Below, in pieces: positions 22,162 to 32,014 of a stretch of DNA of 64,000 nt. The number at the start of each line of letters is the position of its first letter. Positions within the stretch are counted from its first letter, which is position 1. Source of the stretch: Faecousia sp. Lineage in GTDB: Bacteria > Bacillota > Clostridia > Oscillospirales > Oscillospiraceae. The notes under the pieces are model-generated. The model saw nothing but the letters and a program-made list of their open reading frames with translations. It was not told the origin of the DNA and searched no databases. The stretch is taken from NCBI GenBank assembly GCA_045646665.1, contig JAZRLE010000064.1, forward strand, positions 14 through 64,013. Reading direction: 5' to 3'. Both the position numbers and the translations under genes were made by a program.

Positions 22162-22203
22162 CTACACCATTATCCTTGAAATTGGTGTAGTAATTGGTGT
22201 AGT
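22162..22203. repeat. Putative integrase arm-binding repeats
   Basis: Direct repeats TTGGTGTAGT at 22182 and 22194 plus inverted CTACACCA at 22162, just downstream of int. Confidence 0.6.
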
Positions 22204-22219
22204 CAAGTATTGATATTAG

Positions 22220-23389
22220 TTAAGAGCTTTTCTGCAACAGCATCATTTCTTCACACACAGTTTCGAGATTGCTATCAGTATAAACATCCAAAGTAACAGC
22301 ACTGGTTGCATGACCCATAAGGTACTGAACTGTTTTAACATTCATACCTGCGTTAATGCAATTGGTACAGAAGGTATGACGTAAAATATGTGGTGTTATA
22401 TTTGGAAGTTGAATCGGGTGTGTGCGGTTATATTTGTTAACACAGTTACGGAACACTTCATCATAGTGGAAGACATGACGCGGCAAACCGTTCCTAGTTA
22501 AGAATAAGAAACCGACATATCCATCAATTACTTGTTCTGGTCGATTATTAGGATTTCTTTTTTTAATTAAAACTTCCAAGCAATGTCTTGCTTTATCCGT
22601 CAATGGGATATTTCTTATTCCATCTTCGGTCTTTGTTGTATCAATATAGAGCCTTTTTGATCCTGGTTCGACTTGTAGTTGATGATTGATTATCAATTGA
22701 TTGTTTTTCCAATCAATATCCTTCGTTGTTAATCCGGTCAATTCACCAATTCTAAGTCCAGTTTCTAACATTAGAACAAAGGTCTCGTAATGTTTATAGT
22801 AACGAGGATCGCCTTTAACAAACTCAAGAAATGTTTTCTGTTGATTAGGAGTTAATGCACATCGCTTCTTAGTATCTCTTGTAACAATTGTTGACAATTT
22901 GAAGTTACATGGATTCTTTGCAAGAATATCTTCGTCACATGCCATTTGTAGAGAACTCTTTAATATTGTATAGGCTCTGTTAACAGTTCCATACGCATAA
23001 CCTAATGAACTCAAGTTAATCATGCATTTCTGACAGTCGGAGCGTTTTACATTCCTAATTTTCATTTTGCAGAAAACTGGATCTTTCTCGATTGTCTTAA
23101 TTGTGATTTCATATCCGCGCACAGTATTTGTTCTTAGATTTGATTTCAACGAAAGATATCTTTGAAGTAGCTCACTTATGGTCATAGAGCCTTCAAAATA
23201 GCTTATGCCAAGTTGAGCAAGCTTCATGATTTCAGCTTCTTTCTTGCGAAGATCATTAAGATTATTCGCATAAATAGTCTTTCGTTCGCCAGAAGACTCT
23301 GTATACCTATATTGATACAACCCGTCTTTTCGTTCGCTCTCTCCGGTCTTTAAGACCCGCCCTTTGCTATCCTTTCTGCTGGCGGCCAT
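22220..23389 (-). CDS. int: Tyrosine integrase, Tn916-like
   Basis: N-terminal RKDSKGRVL..GESERKDG.YQYRY arm-binding domain; catalytic R (TGLRIGE), HILRH, MGH, Y (LDVY). Confidence 0.93.
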   Translation of the reverse strand: MAASRKDSKGRVLKTGESERKDGLYQYRYTESSGERKTIYANNLNDLRKKEAEIMKLAQLGISYFEGSMTISELLQRYLSLKSNLRTNTVRGYEITIKTIEKDPVFCKMKIRNVKRSDCQKCMINLSSLGYAYGTVNRAYTILKSSLQMACDEDILAKNPCNFKLSTIVTRDTKKRCALTPNQQKTFLEFVKGDPRYYKHYETFVLMLETGLRIGELTGLTTKDIDWKNNQLIINHQLQVEPGSKRLYIDTTKTEDGIRNIPLTDKARHCLEVLIKKRNPNNRPEQVIDGYVGFLFLTRNGLPRHVFHYDEVFRNCVNKYNRTHPIQLPNITPHILRHTFCTNCINAGMNVKTVQYLMGHATSAVTLDVYTDSNLETVCEEMMLLQKSS

Positions 23390-23493
23390 TGTATTCACTC
23401 CTTTCGAAAACCGAAAGAGCCTCGATACAGGTTTAAACATTATACCATACCGAGGATCAAAAATCTACACAAATCTCCGTATTTATCCGTATT

Positions 23494-23724
23494 TTACACA
23501 GAATAAGATTCTTCTAAGAATCTCAACAATGCTTCTCTTTTAAACATACGCTTTCTTCCAACAAAGAGAACATAGTTACAATTTCGCTCGTTTGACATAT
23601 CACGTAACTTATTGATTCCTATCCCAGTCAATCTGGAAGCTTCTTTCAATGTAAGAAGTGGTTTTACATCAAGTGGCACATCAGTCAGCATAATGTCAGA
23701 CTTGATATTCTCATCATTTTTCAT
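23494..23724 (-). CDS. xis: Excisionase, Tn916-like
   Basis: KPLLTLKEAS..TGIGINKLR..VLFVGRKRMFKR; directly upstream of int. Confidence 0.85.
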   Translation of the reverse strand: MKNDENIKSDIMLTDVPLDVKPLLTLKEASRLTGIGINKLRDMSNERNCNYVLFVGRKRMFKREALLRFLEESYSV

Positions 23725-24085
23725 AATTTACCTCCTAAAAATTTGGACTATCCCCTTCTCCCCGCCTGCAGCGAACAGGTCCATAGATGTTATATCTTCC
23801 CGCCTTCATTATGGCCGGACAGCGAATTACTGAAGTATCATAATACCCGGTCGGATCATCGCGTTGCACGGTTGCAACCCGCGCATTAGTGCACATGGCT
23901 CTGACTGCCAATCAGAGGGATAGCCGCTTCCCGACTCGGGAACGTAGAGTATCAGGGGTATTCACTTGTCAAGGTTCACACACGGGGATTGTCTTGCAAT
24001 ATATAAAGACGCTACAAAGTTGGCAAAATCTAATCACTTAATTTCAAAAAATTACGGCCCCGGAGAAACCGGGGCCGCAGCTCGT

Positions 24086-24280
24086 TTATTTCATAGGGAA
24101 TTTTCTGAGCTTACAAAAGATCGCTAACAGTATTTCCTGATTGAGATCTTCGTCATACTTATCCCCTATACAACTATAAGTATAGATCAACGGCCAGTAC
24201 AAACGGATCAACTTGCGAAACGCATCATCATCGCCTCGCCTTGCTGCTCTCAATATTTCACGAAAAGTGTCATTCGTCAT
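24086..24280 (-). CDS. Small HTH protein (Tn916 Orf8-like)
   Basis: AARRGD..AF..LIRLY.PLI, DEDL.QE; between sigma-like gene and xis. Confidence 0.7.
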   Translation of the reverse strand: MTNDTFREILRAARRGDDDAFRKLIRLYWPLIYTYSCIGDKYDEDLNQEILLAIFCKLRKFPMK

Positions 24281-24717
24281 AAGTCACCACCCCCTTCACC
24301 TAAAGCTGCTTTAAGTGCCTTTAGTGCCTGCGAGTGACGGTTATATACATGCTGAACTGTACAATTCATCCGTTCTGCTACCTCAGCAGGGGGCATTTCA
24401 TCAACAAATAGTAGTTTCAGCATTTCTTGGCGCTTGGGTGGTAACTCCCTATAAGAGATCGCCAAGGCTTCACATTCCATCGGGAACTCGTCCCCAATAG
24501 ATTCAAGCATCACCTGTGCTGTGGGATCCTCCCACTGGAATCCTCTTTCAATCAGTTCATCCAACGATGATTCCGGATGCTGCACCGCCTGTTTCCGAAT
24601 AAAGTTTATCTTTTCACGGTACACAAGGGCCGCTAACCAATTGGTGAATCTTCCGCGCAGAACATCTGCTGATTCCTTTGCCTTAGGAATTCCATCAGAC
24701 GATTTTATGTTTTCCAT
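24277..24717 (-). CDS. Sigma-70 region 4 protein (Tn916 Orf7-like)
   Basis: LPPKRQEML.L.F..EM..AEVAE.M...V..RHSQAL HTH; GGAGG RBS before 24717. Confidence 0.75.
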   Translation of the reverse strand: MENIKSSDGIPKAKESADVLRGRFTNWLAALVYREKINFIRKQAVQHPESSLDELIERGFQWEDPTAQVMLESIGDEFPMECEALAISYRELPPKRQEMLKLLFVDEMPPAEVAERMNCTVQHVYNRHSQALKALKAALGEGGGDL

Positions 24718-25012
24718 ACGATTTCCTCCATTTTGTTTTTTGATAGAAACAAAATGAAGGGTCGGCGGAGATCTACAACCGCAGAAAAAAGGAAAAGCAC
24801 ACAAAAAGGCCCATAATGCCCCCTGTGTGCCGGTTCTTACTGAACTATTCTCTTTTCGGAATCTAAGAACGAAAGCGCTGATCAGACCTTAAGCCACAGA
24901 CGCACAGTTTGCCTGGACCGCCATTCTCAAGCCTCCTTTCCGTTGAAAAATATATAGCTGTCCGATTCAACTGAACCGAACAGCCATAGAGCATGTACTT
25001 CAAGTAACTGCA

Positions 25013-25351
25013 TCATCTGACTTGCAGCTGCTCGATCAATTTTAAGATATCTCGCATTGCATCGCACGCTGTGATCTTCGCTGCAGTTGGATACTTCCAA
25101 AGTTTTTCCTCTAATTCGCTAAGATAGACGAGCTCGGGAAACTTTATGCAATCCACCAGAAGATGATTTGGTGTCACTTCAAGCGTGTCTGCAATCCGCA
25201 AAAGTATTTCCAGACTAGGGCAGTTATGGCCGCCTTCCAAAGACGCAACATAACTATCAGTACAGCCAATGGCCTCAGCAAGCCTTTTTTGCGTTAAGTG
25301 TTTCTTACCTCGGTATTTCTTGATATTTTTACCGAGCAATGCATAATCCAC
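25013..25351 (-). CDS. XRE-family HTH regulator
   Basis: LGKNIKKYR..LTQ..LAE..YVASLEGG..PSLEIL.RIA..LEV; GTG start with AAGGAGG. Confidence 0.85.
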   Translation of the reverse strand: MDYALLGKNIKKYRGKKHLTQKRLAEAIGCTDSYVASLEGGHNCPSLEILLRIADTLEVTPNHLLVDCIKFPELVYLSELEEKLWKYPTAAKITACDAMRDILKLIEQLQVR

Positions 25352-25513
25352 GGTTATCGCCTCCTTACACCTATATTTTACAAAAAACGATAGTCCTCGT
25401 GAAGAAAGCGTAACTACGGAACTATAACCAGCACTACGATTTCTGCAACTATTTTGAAAGTTATTATACAACCAAAGCGGACTATCCATATAAATAGATA
25501 GTCCGCCGTAGTT

Positions 25514-25873
25514 TTATCCAAACATTGCAATATTACCAAGCATAGAAGTAATATCAGCTTCCAAACTTTCTTGTACTGAGGGTAAGGAATCTGTATCCGC
25601 AGTAACTGACGGCATTGCTCCCAAACGCTCTTCAATAATTGACCGAATCAAAACTTCGATTTCTGCCTTCTTGACAGGGGTGTTGACTTGTATTTTCACT
25701 TCTGTATTTGATGCAGACAACTCGGGATTTGCATCAAGATAATGAGAAATAGCATTTACAACAATTGCACTCTTGCGGTTTCCCATCCGCTCCAGGAACT
25801 CACCCGCTCGGATCTGTTCCTCAGTCTCAGCAGCAAATTGAAGTGAAAAGCGGTAACCGCCTTGTGTCCTCAT
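25514..25873 (-). CDS. Putative ParR-like centromere-binding adaptor
   Basis: Small protein coupled to the actin-like gene; N-terminal RFSLQF strand then helices (RHH-like). Confidence 0.6.
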   Translation of the reverse strand: MRTQGGYRFSLQFAAETEEQIRAGEFLERMGNRKSAIVVNAISHYLDANPELSASNTEVKIQVNTPVKKAEIEVLIRSIIEERLGAMPSVTADTDSLPSVQESLEADITSMLGNIAMFG

Positions 25874-26799
25874 GCAACACCACCTGCCCCGGCAGAGCGA
25901 ATAGCTGCCCTGGCAAGCATTTCATAGCCCAGCGCATTGGCGTTGGAAGACTCCACAAAATCCGCCTTTGCAACCATAGGGGAACCTTCCAGGAACGGTC
26001 TAAGCAGCACACTGCCACCACCGATGAAAACTGCGGGGTTGGATCGCAGATCGACCTGCAATTCTCTCAACTGATCCAAAATAACTTTGGCGTGCTTCCC
26101 TGTCTCAGCCTTAATCGTCTCAATCACTTCGCTGGGCAGAATCGTGCTTTCACCATTCAGGACTGCTCGGATATGTTCATCTTCGATTCGCATATCGTGA
26201 AGGGCACCGACTTTACGAACAATCTCGTTGTTCATGGTGATCGTACCGGTCTCTAGGGAGCGGCAATACTGCAGATCGGGCTTGCCATTACACAACAGCA
26301 GAACATCCGTGGTATAACCACCGATGTCAACCACAAACACTCTGAGCGTGTTGACCACCATGCTACTCTGCGGAACAACAGCAGCATAAGCCTGCGGAAA
26401 TACCATGACACGGCCAATACGGATGCAGTAGGGCTTATCATTGTAAGTAAAGCGAATAATACCGTCGCGCTTGAAGTAGGATGCAAACTTGTCCTTAAGA
26501 ACACCGTAATGCTCAGGCGGTAAACCCACAGCAAGTTCGATATTTTCAACCGGTGTATACCGTCCGTATGCCTCCAGTTCTTTTGCGATGGCAAACAGTG
26601 TCAAAAGGAAATAATGCTCGTCTCTGGTCTTGTCACGCATATACGGCAGTCGGCGGCTTGTCAGCGTCCAGAAACTGCCATCATATTCAATAACTTCCTC
26701 TGCAAGAGGCGGACGGGTCTTGTGCTCGGCAAGGCCAGCAACAAACGAGAAGCGAGGGGTCTTGATGGCATAGTTGCCATGATCAATTGCAATTAACAT
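25870..26799 (-). CDS. ParM/StbA-family actin-like ATPase
   Basis: IAIDHGNYAIK, VGLP, PQA, VVDIGGYTTD, IGGGS, ANA.G actin-fold motifs. Confidence 0.88.
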   Translation of the reverse strand: MLIAIDHGNYAIKTPRFSFVAGLAEHKTRPPLAEEVIEYDGSFWTLTSRRLPYMRDKTRDEHYFLLTLFAIAKELEAYGRYTPVENIELAVGLPPEHYGVLKDKFASYFKRDGIIRFTYNDKPYCIRIGRVMVFPQAYAAVVPQSSMVVNTLRVFVVDIGGYTTDVLLLCNGKPDLQYCRSLETGTITMNNEIVRKVGALHDMRIEDEHIRAVLNGESTILPSEVIETIKAETGKHAKVILDQLRELQVDLRSNPAVFIGGGSVLLRPFLEGSPMVAKADFVESSNANALGYEMLARAAIRSAGAGGVA

Positions 26800-26825
26800 A
26801 GTAGGAAACCTCCAATTTATTTTTA

Positions 26826-26892
26826 GTACACCTAATTACACGATTTGGAATACGCATTTACAACCAAAATACGCATTTTATTTGAAAATGCG
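26826..26892. repeat. Putative parC-like iterons upstream of the ParM gene
   Basis: TACAC/TACGC units at about 10-14 bp spacing (26827, 26837, 26851, 26859, 26870), AATACGCATTT twice, inverted AAATGCG at about 26886. Confidence 0.5.
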
Positions 26893-26933
26893 CAAAAAGA
26901 AAGGCGAAGCATAATGCTCCGCCCTTCGGGTTG

Positions 26934-28001
26934 CTATAATGGCCGTTCCTTCTGGAAGCAATATTCCCAGATGTAATCGTCCAATCCTTTGAATCTGGGA
27001 TCCCATATGTAGGTACCATATCGGAGTCCCATTCTTTCGAGTAATGCGGTAAGTTTCGCATAACTCTTCGTAACATTGTGATTTTTCGAGTAGTCCATAT
27101 CGAACGCAGTTTTAATCTCTCTGAGTCCGGCATCTTGGAGCACCGGAATTACTTCCTCAAGCTGTGTCAAGGAATCTACGCCCGGAACCGCTATCACACT
27201 CAGACCAGTCATCCTAAAGATGATATCGGCCTTCATTGGCCCCTCAGTCAGTAACATCGTGGGACGCACTGGACCTGCAATATGCGGCCATACCAATGCA
27301 GCAGCACCATCCTGCATATCCCGGCTGGTCACCCATCGGAATTTCCGTTTGTCTGCTTTGTCCAACCGGATCTGAATACCTTGGATCATACCATTCATAT
27401 CCCGAACGGGTACATAGATTCCACGGTACTTATGGTACAATGTCCAACTACCAGACTCATTTCGATAAAAACCCGGCACTCCTGCCAAGTAGTAGCCTTC
27501 AGACTGAAGCTGCTTTGCCAGGGCTGTATGCCCCACGACCGGAGAAGACTTGTATTGCAGAACCTTGATTTCTTCCTCTGTCAAGCCACGGTTCAGAAGG
27601 TTTTCCTTGTGATCACTAGCTAATGACAGTTTAGATAAGAGTGCTGTATAGGTATTGTGCCGCGTTTCCACATCGGTCAGCGGACATTCCTCCGGGAGAT
27701 CCACTGGAATTGGTTTTCTCTTCTGCGGAGAAACAATGGTCGGTCTGCCGATTCGATTGATCAGCTCCTTTCGGACCCGATCCTGCGGGACACCGGTGTA
27801 AAGGGAGTACAGGGCAAAAACGCCGCCGGATACACCACATTTGGCACAGCGGAAGACATCCTTGCGGATGTTGATGTTCATATGGCGATCTCTGGGTTTT
27901 TCATCACAACAGATACAAGGGATGTTGTACGAGCCTCTGCTGGCTGGAGGATCCTGAATTCCAAGCAACGGAATGATATCCGTCATTCGAAACAGTTCCA
28001 T
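26934..28001 (-). CDS. Zinc-finger + Toprim (DUF3854-like) primase-like protein
   Basis: N-terminal Cys cluster (CICC...FRCAKC), LTEGPMKAD, VPGV, AFDMD, KGLDDY. Confidence 0.8.
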   Translation of the reverse strand: MELFRMTDIIPLLGIQDPPASRGSYNIPCICCDEKPRDRHMNINIRKDVFRCAKCGVSGGVFALYSLYTGVPQDRVRKELINRIGRPTIVSPQKRKPIPVDLPEECPLTDVETRHNTYTALLSKLSLASDHKENLLNRGLTEEEIKVLQYKSSPVVGHTALAKQLQSEGYYLAGVPGFYRNESGSWTLYHKYRGIYVPVRDMNGMIQGIQIRLDKADKRKFRWVTSRDMQDGAAALVWPHIAGPVRPTMLLTEGPMKADIIFRMTGLSVIAVPGVDSLTQLEEVIPVLQDAGLREIKTAFDMDYSKNHNVTKSYAKLTALLERMGLRYGTYIWDPRFKGLDDYIWEYCFQKERPL

Positions 28002-28055
28002 AATTCCTCCTTTCCGGGGACGGCAGGAATACCGTCCCCTCTGTTATGACTTCAC

Positions 28056-28796
28056 TCAGGGTGTCGCCTGCTGAACCGCATACTCAATGATTACCTTGGC
28101 AGCATCAGATACCGCCGGGTCACCTTGGAAGCTTTCAGCACACCACCGGATTGCTCTGGGATCGAATGTAACGACTTCACCCAATGTCTTGCCACTGTAT
28201 TTGGTGATCGGGCAAGGCACCATCAGTGCCCGAGCATACTTTTCTTCCATCGTCAGTTCAGCGGGCGGTGCAGGAGGTTCTGCTGCAGAATACTCGTCTG
28301 CATTTACCTCTGCACCGCTAACTGCGCCGGAGGAATCAACAGGCTTCTCCGATCCGGAATAAAGCGGCGTAGGTTCAATATCCTCACCGGCCAGAGCAAA
28401 CTGAAGGCCGAAGCCGGCATTTCTGAGTGCAATACCGACAGAAGCAGTCTGCGCCCACTCCCTAGGATTTACACTAGGCATTTCTGCGTTGTACTTCCGC
28501 GCTGCTGTACCCTCAGCAAGATAAGCATCAGCGCCATCCTTATAACTTGGATACACGCGGGAGGTAGCAACGTAGTAGTCCTGATCTCTGGTCACTGTTG
28601 TGGAGATCTTTCCTTCCGGATGTTTTAGACGAAACCATGCAATCTGCACGACCACAGGAAGATGTTTCCGAGACTCGGAAGAATTCAGATCTGCGATATC
28701 AATCGCCAACGGATAGGGATCGAACCCCTCGACCTTGTTGATCCCATCAATCATGGTAAGCATTTTCTGCTTATCGTTACTTACATTTTGGCTCAT
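28056..28796 (-). CDS. Hypothetical protein, possible Rad52/Sak-like single-strand annealing protein
   Basis: HLPV..QIAWFR.KHPEGKIST and E.AQTASVG.AL..AGFG resemble phage annealase motifs; same operon as YqaJ. Confidence 0.45.
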   Translation of the reverse strand: MSQNVSNDKQKMLTMIDGINKVEGFDPYPLAIDIADLNSSESRKHLPVVVQIAWFRLKHPEGKISTTVTRDQDYYVATSRVYPSYKDGADAYLAEGTAARKYNAEMPSVNPREWAQTASVGIALRNAGFGLQFALAGEDIEPTPLYSGSEKPVDSSGAVSGAEVNADEYSAAEPPAPPAELTMEEKYARALMVPCPITKYSGKTLGEVVTFDPRAIRWCAESFQGDPAVSDAAKVIIEYAVQQATP

Positions 28797-29260
28797 TTCT
28801 TTGCCTCCTCAAAAAGATTGATATAGGTATCACGATAGGACACCCACAGGTTTAATACGGTGCTGATGAGATTGCAGATATCATTCCGAAACTGATCGGG
28901 ACTGCTGGGACGGTAGTTAGAAAACCGTGCTCGATGGTCTGCTACGGCACGGGAGAGTGCATCATAAGCAGTTTCCCGTCGCTTTTGTCCCTCCTGGTTG
29001 GTCTTGGGACCAAACTTACGTTCCGACAGCAGGAACTGGATATAGGAATTCACCAGAGAATAGTGATAAGAGATTGCTCCCATGTCATTTATAGAAGGAG
29101 CAGTCTGGGAAAATAAACGGAAGGTCTCCAGAACACAGATCCGGTAATTGACCTCCTGCATCACCAGAAGGCCGTCGCCACCCAGTCGGTTCTGATTTGC
29201 CAGCTGGTTGAGCTGTGCCTGCTTCTGCATATAGGTTGTAAGAAGGTTGGGGGTTGCCAT
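28793..29260 (-). CDS. Hypothetical protein
   Basis: 155-aa ORF with GAAAGGA RBS, stop coupled to next start. Confidence 0.7.
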   Translation of the reverse strand: MATPNLLTTYMQKQAQLNQLANQNRLGGDGLLVMQEVNYRICVLETFRLFSQTAPSINDMGAISYHYSLVNSYIQFLLSERKFGPKTNQEGQKRRETAYDALSRAVADHRARFSNYRPSSPDQFRNDICNLISTVLNLWVSYRDTYINLFEEAKK

Positions 29261-31448
29261 ATGTCATTTTCCTTTCAATCGGTATAAATTCCTGCAGGCG
29301 TCGAGCCAGGCAGGTGCCACGTTTTTCTCTGTCGGCACGCTTAATCGCAATACAAAGCGCTTTGCGTTCACCAACAATGGTATCTTTTTCTTTGCCGCGG
29401 GTTATAGCGGTGTAAATAAGTGTCCTGGTAAGCATGATCGTATGGGCGCATTGCAGACTGATGATAACGGACTTGTATTCTGCGCCTTGCGATTTGTGTA
29501 CCGTAAGGGCATATCCAAGATCCAGCATTTCAAGAGCCATATGGTCGTATTTCACGACTCGCTCCTCACCAAAGTCAACTTCGATGATTGGATCTGTGCC
29601 GTTAAAGGTAATACCGGTTATATAACCAATATCACCGTTGCATACATCACCGTGGTTCTTGTTCTGCATCACCTTGTCTCCGAGCCGATACACTTTCTCC
29701 CCTTTTGTGACCTCGGGTTTCCCCGGTGCCGGTGGGTTGACTCTGTCACGTAGGACTGGATTCAGACTATCCTTTCCGGTAGGGGTCTTTTTGCGAAGTG
29801 GCGTCAATACTGCGACGCTTTGCACGCCGTACTTACGCACATCCCTTTCAAAAAGATCTGCAATGATTCTTGCTGACTCTTCAAGATCACCGGAATTGTG
29901 GAAATTAAAATCAGGGCCATACTCCAAACCCACATTACCATGCCGGATCAGACGGGCATTAATTGCAATGCGGCTACCTGCGCTCTGCCGGAAGACGCGG
30001 TCCAGTCTGACAACCGGCAGCCGCTCGCTGACAACCAGCTCTCTAAGGAATGCACCTGGCCCCACAGAAGGAAGCTGGTCCGCATCACCGATCAGAATGA
30101 TCTGACCACCCGGTTTCAATGCATCAAACAGGTGTCCTGCCAAATAAATATCCAGCATTGAGACCTCATCCACAAGCACAAGATCCGCAGTGAGCGGTTG
30201 GGGTGTGCTGTATGTCAAGTCTCCTGTTCGGATATTCAAGGCCTTATGGATCGTAGATGACTTATTTCCGGTGGACTGCCGCATCCTTGAAGACGCCTGT
30301 CCGGTCGGAGCGCAGCAGCAGATCTGGTTGTTCGGGTGGTTCTTTCGGTAGATGTCCAGGATCGCACGTTGGATCAGCGTCTTTCCTGTTCCCGGACCGC
30401 CGGTAATTACCGCAATGCTGCTGGACAGTGCCATTTTTACAGCTGCCCGCTGCTCCGGAGCAAGCCGAAGCTTCAGGGATATCTCCTCTGCATTGATTTC
30501 TGCATCCAGATCCGGATACGAGCAGGAGAAACCGCTGTTTAGCAGCAACTTGATCTTCTCCACCAGGTGTATTTCAGAGTTTGCTGCTTCTGTCCGGAAA
30601 ATCATCTCCTGATAACAGCTAAGCTTTCCGCTGTAAACCAGTCTGACAGCACGGTTCGCAATCATATCCTCTGTAAGACCCGGTGTATCCAGTAGCTTCA
30701 AGCATTCCTTGATAAAGGCGTACTTCTCCATACACAGATGGCCCATATTCTCAGCTTGCTGCAAAGTATGCAGAATGCCGGAATCCACTCGGTCAGTAGA
30801 CAATGGGTGTACGCCCAGGTTCTTGGCGATCTTATCTGCTGTAATAAAGCCTACACCGTCCAAATTAGATAGCTTATAGGGATTTGCCCGTACTGTGGTG
30901 ATAGTCTTGTCACGGTACTCTTTAAACAACTGTACAGCTCTGTTTGGCGTGATTCCGTATGGTGTCAGAAATGCAATCACATCCCGGGCGGCGCGATTTG
31001 CTGTATAGGACTCGCAAATCACCTCCAGCCGCTTTGTGCTGATACCTTTAATCGACAGCAGCTTTTCCGGCTCCTTATCCAGGATCTCCAAAGTCTGGTC
31101 TCCAAAGGCATCATAGATCTTCTGCGCCATAGCAGGACCAATGTACTTGATCTGACCGGAAGAAAGGTATGCGATGATATTTTCCTTATTGGGAATAATG
31201 ATCTCCTCATACCTTTCCACCTCAAACTGTAAACCGTGCTTGTCGCTTTTGGACCAATGCCCATGCAGGTTAAAGCAGAGGCCTTCCGCCGTAGGAAGGC
31301 AATATCCAACTGCCTTCACATGAGCAATCTTGTTGCCGGAGCTGTCTTTGATCTTCTCACAAGGCTTGTAAGATACGATCATGAAGCTATCGGCACCAAT
31401 GCTACGTGTATCCCGCGGATAGATGATCCGTTCAAATTGACAAAGCAT
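29085..31448 (-). CDS. recD2: RecD2-like SF1B helicase
   Basis: HhH motifs, GGPGTGKT, APTG, VDEVSM, GDADQLPSVG, FRQ, YALTVHKSQG.E, YTAITR. Confidence 0.92.
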   Translation of the reverse strand: MLCQFERIIYPRDTRSIGADSFMIVSYKPCEKIKDSSGNKIAHVKAVGYCLPTAEGLCFNLHGHWSKSDKHGLQFEVERYEEIIIPNKENIIAYLSSGQIKYIGPAMAQKIYDAFGDQTLEILDKEPEKLLSIKGISTKRLEVICESYTANRAARDVIAFLTPYGITPNRAVQLFKEYRDKTITTVRANPYKLSNLDGVGFITADKIAKNLGVHPLSTDRVDSGILHTLQQAENMGHLCMEKYAFIKECLKLLDTPGLTEDMIANRAVRLVYSGKLSCYQEMIFRTEAANSEIHLVEKIKLLLNSGFSCSYPDLDAEINAEEISLKLRLAPEQRAAVKMALSSSIAVITGGPGTGKTLIQRAILDIYRKNHPNNQICCCAPTGQASSRMRQSTGNKSSTIHKALNIRTGDLTYSTPQPLTADLVLVDEVSMLDIYLAGHLFDALKPGGQIILIGDADQLPSVGPGAFLRELVVSERLPVVRLDRVFRQSAGSRIAINARLIRHGNVGLEYGPDFNFHNSGDLEESARIIADLFERDVRKYGVQSVAVLTPLRKKTPTGKDSLNPVLRDRVNPPAPGKPEVTKGEKVYRLGDKVMQNKNHGDVCNGDIGYITGITFNGTDPIIEVDFGEERVVKYDHMALEMLDLGYALTVHKSQGAEYKSVIISLQCAHTIMLTRTLIYTAITRGKEKDTIVGERKALCIAIKRADREKRGTCLARRLQEFIPIERKMTYGNPQPSYNLYAEAGTAQPAGKSEPTGWRRPSGDAGGQLPDLCSGDLPFIFPDCSFYK

Positions 31449-31459
31449 ATCCTACCCCC

Positions 31460-32014
31460 TTATGTGATGGGGACCAGGACTTTTCTCACTTGGGGAACAA
31501 AGTACTGTTCTTCCGTTACTGTGTACTGCTTTGCCATCTCCACGGCCTGCTTGACCAGTGCATCCGCAAGCTTATCAAAGCTTTGTACAAGCTTCACTCT
31601 GCTGCGGATCTCAAAAGTCGTCCAATCTTCGAAGTCTTCTCCATCATCTGTGCTGCGACCGGGGAAACAGACAACCTCTTTGTTGCCATCCCTGTCCGTG
31701 CGCAGTTCTCCCTGATATAAAACCAGGTATCCGCCGTTCCTGCCATTCATGGCCGCTTGCCAGCGGAATAGATGCTCTGCGCCGAATTGGTGCCGTAACA
31801 CCTGTTGAGAATCAAAAAACTCCTGGGTTTCGAGCATATCGTAGAGCTTATCCAACGTAGCTGCGTCCAGCCCAAGGCTGTGCAGTTTCAAATTACAAGC
31901 ATACGATGTGGATCGATTCCAGGAGTTCATAGTGTCATACCGAAGATGACGAAGAAGAAATTGGATCATTTCAGACCGGGAGGACAGATCAACCTTTTGG
32001 TAGAAGGTTTTCAT
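31460..32014 (-). CDS. Hypothetical protein
   Basis: 184-aa ORF, operonic coupling. Confidence 0.7.
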   Translation of the reverse strand: MKTFYQKVDLSSRSEMIQFLLRHLRYDTMNSWNRSTSYACNLKLHSLGLDAATLDKLYDMLETQEFFDSQQVLRHQFGAEHLFRWQAAMNGRNGGYLVLYQGELRTDRDGNKEVVCFPGRSTDDGEDFEDWTTFEIRSRVKLVQSFDKLADALVKQAVEMAKQYTVTEEQYFVPQVRKVLVPIT

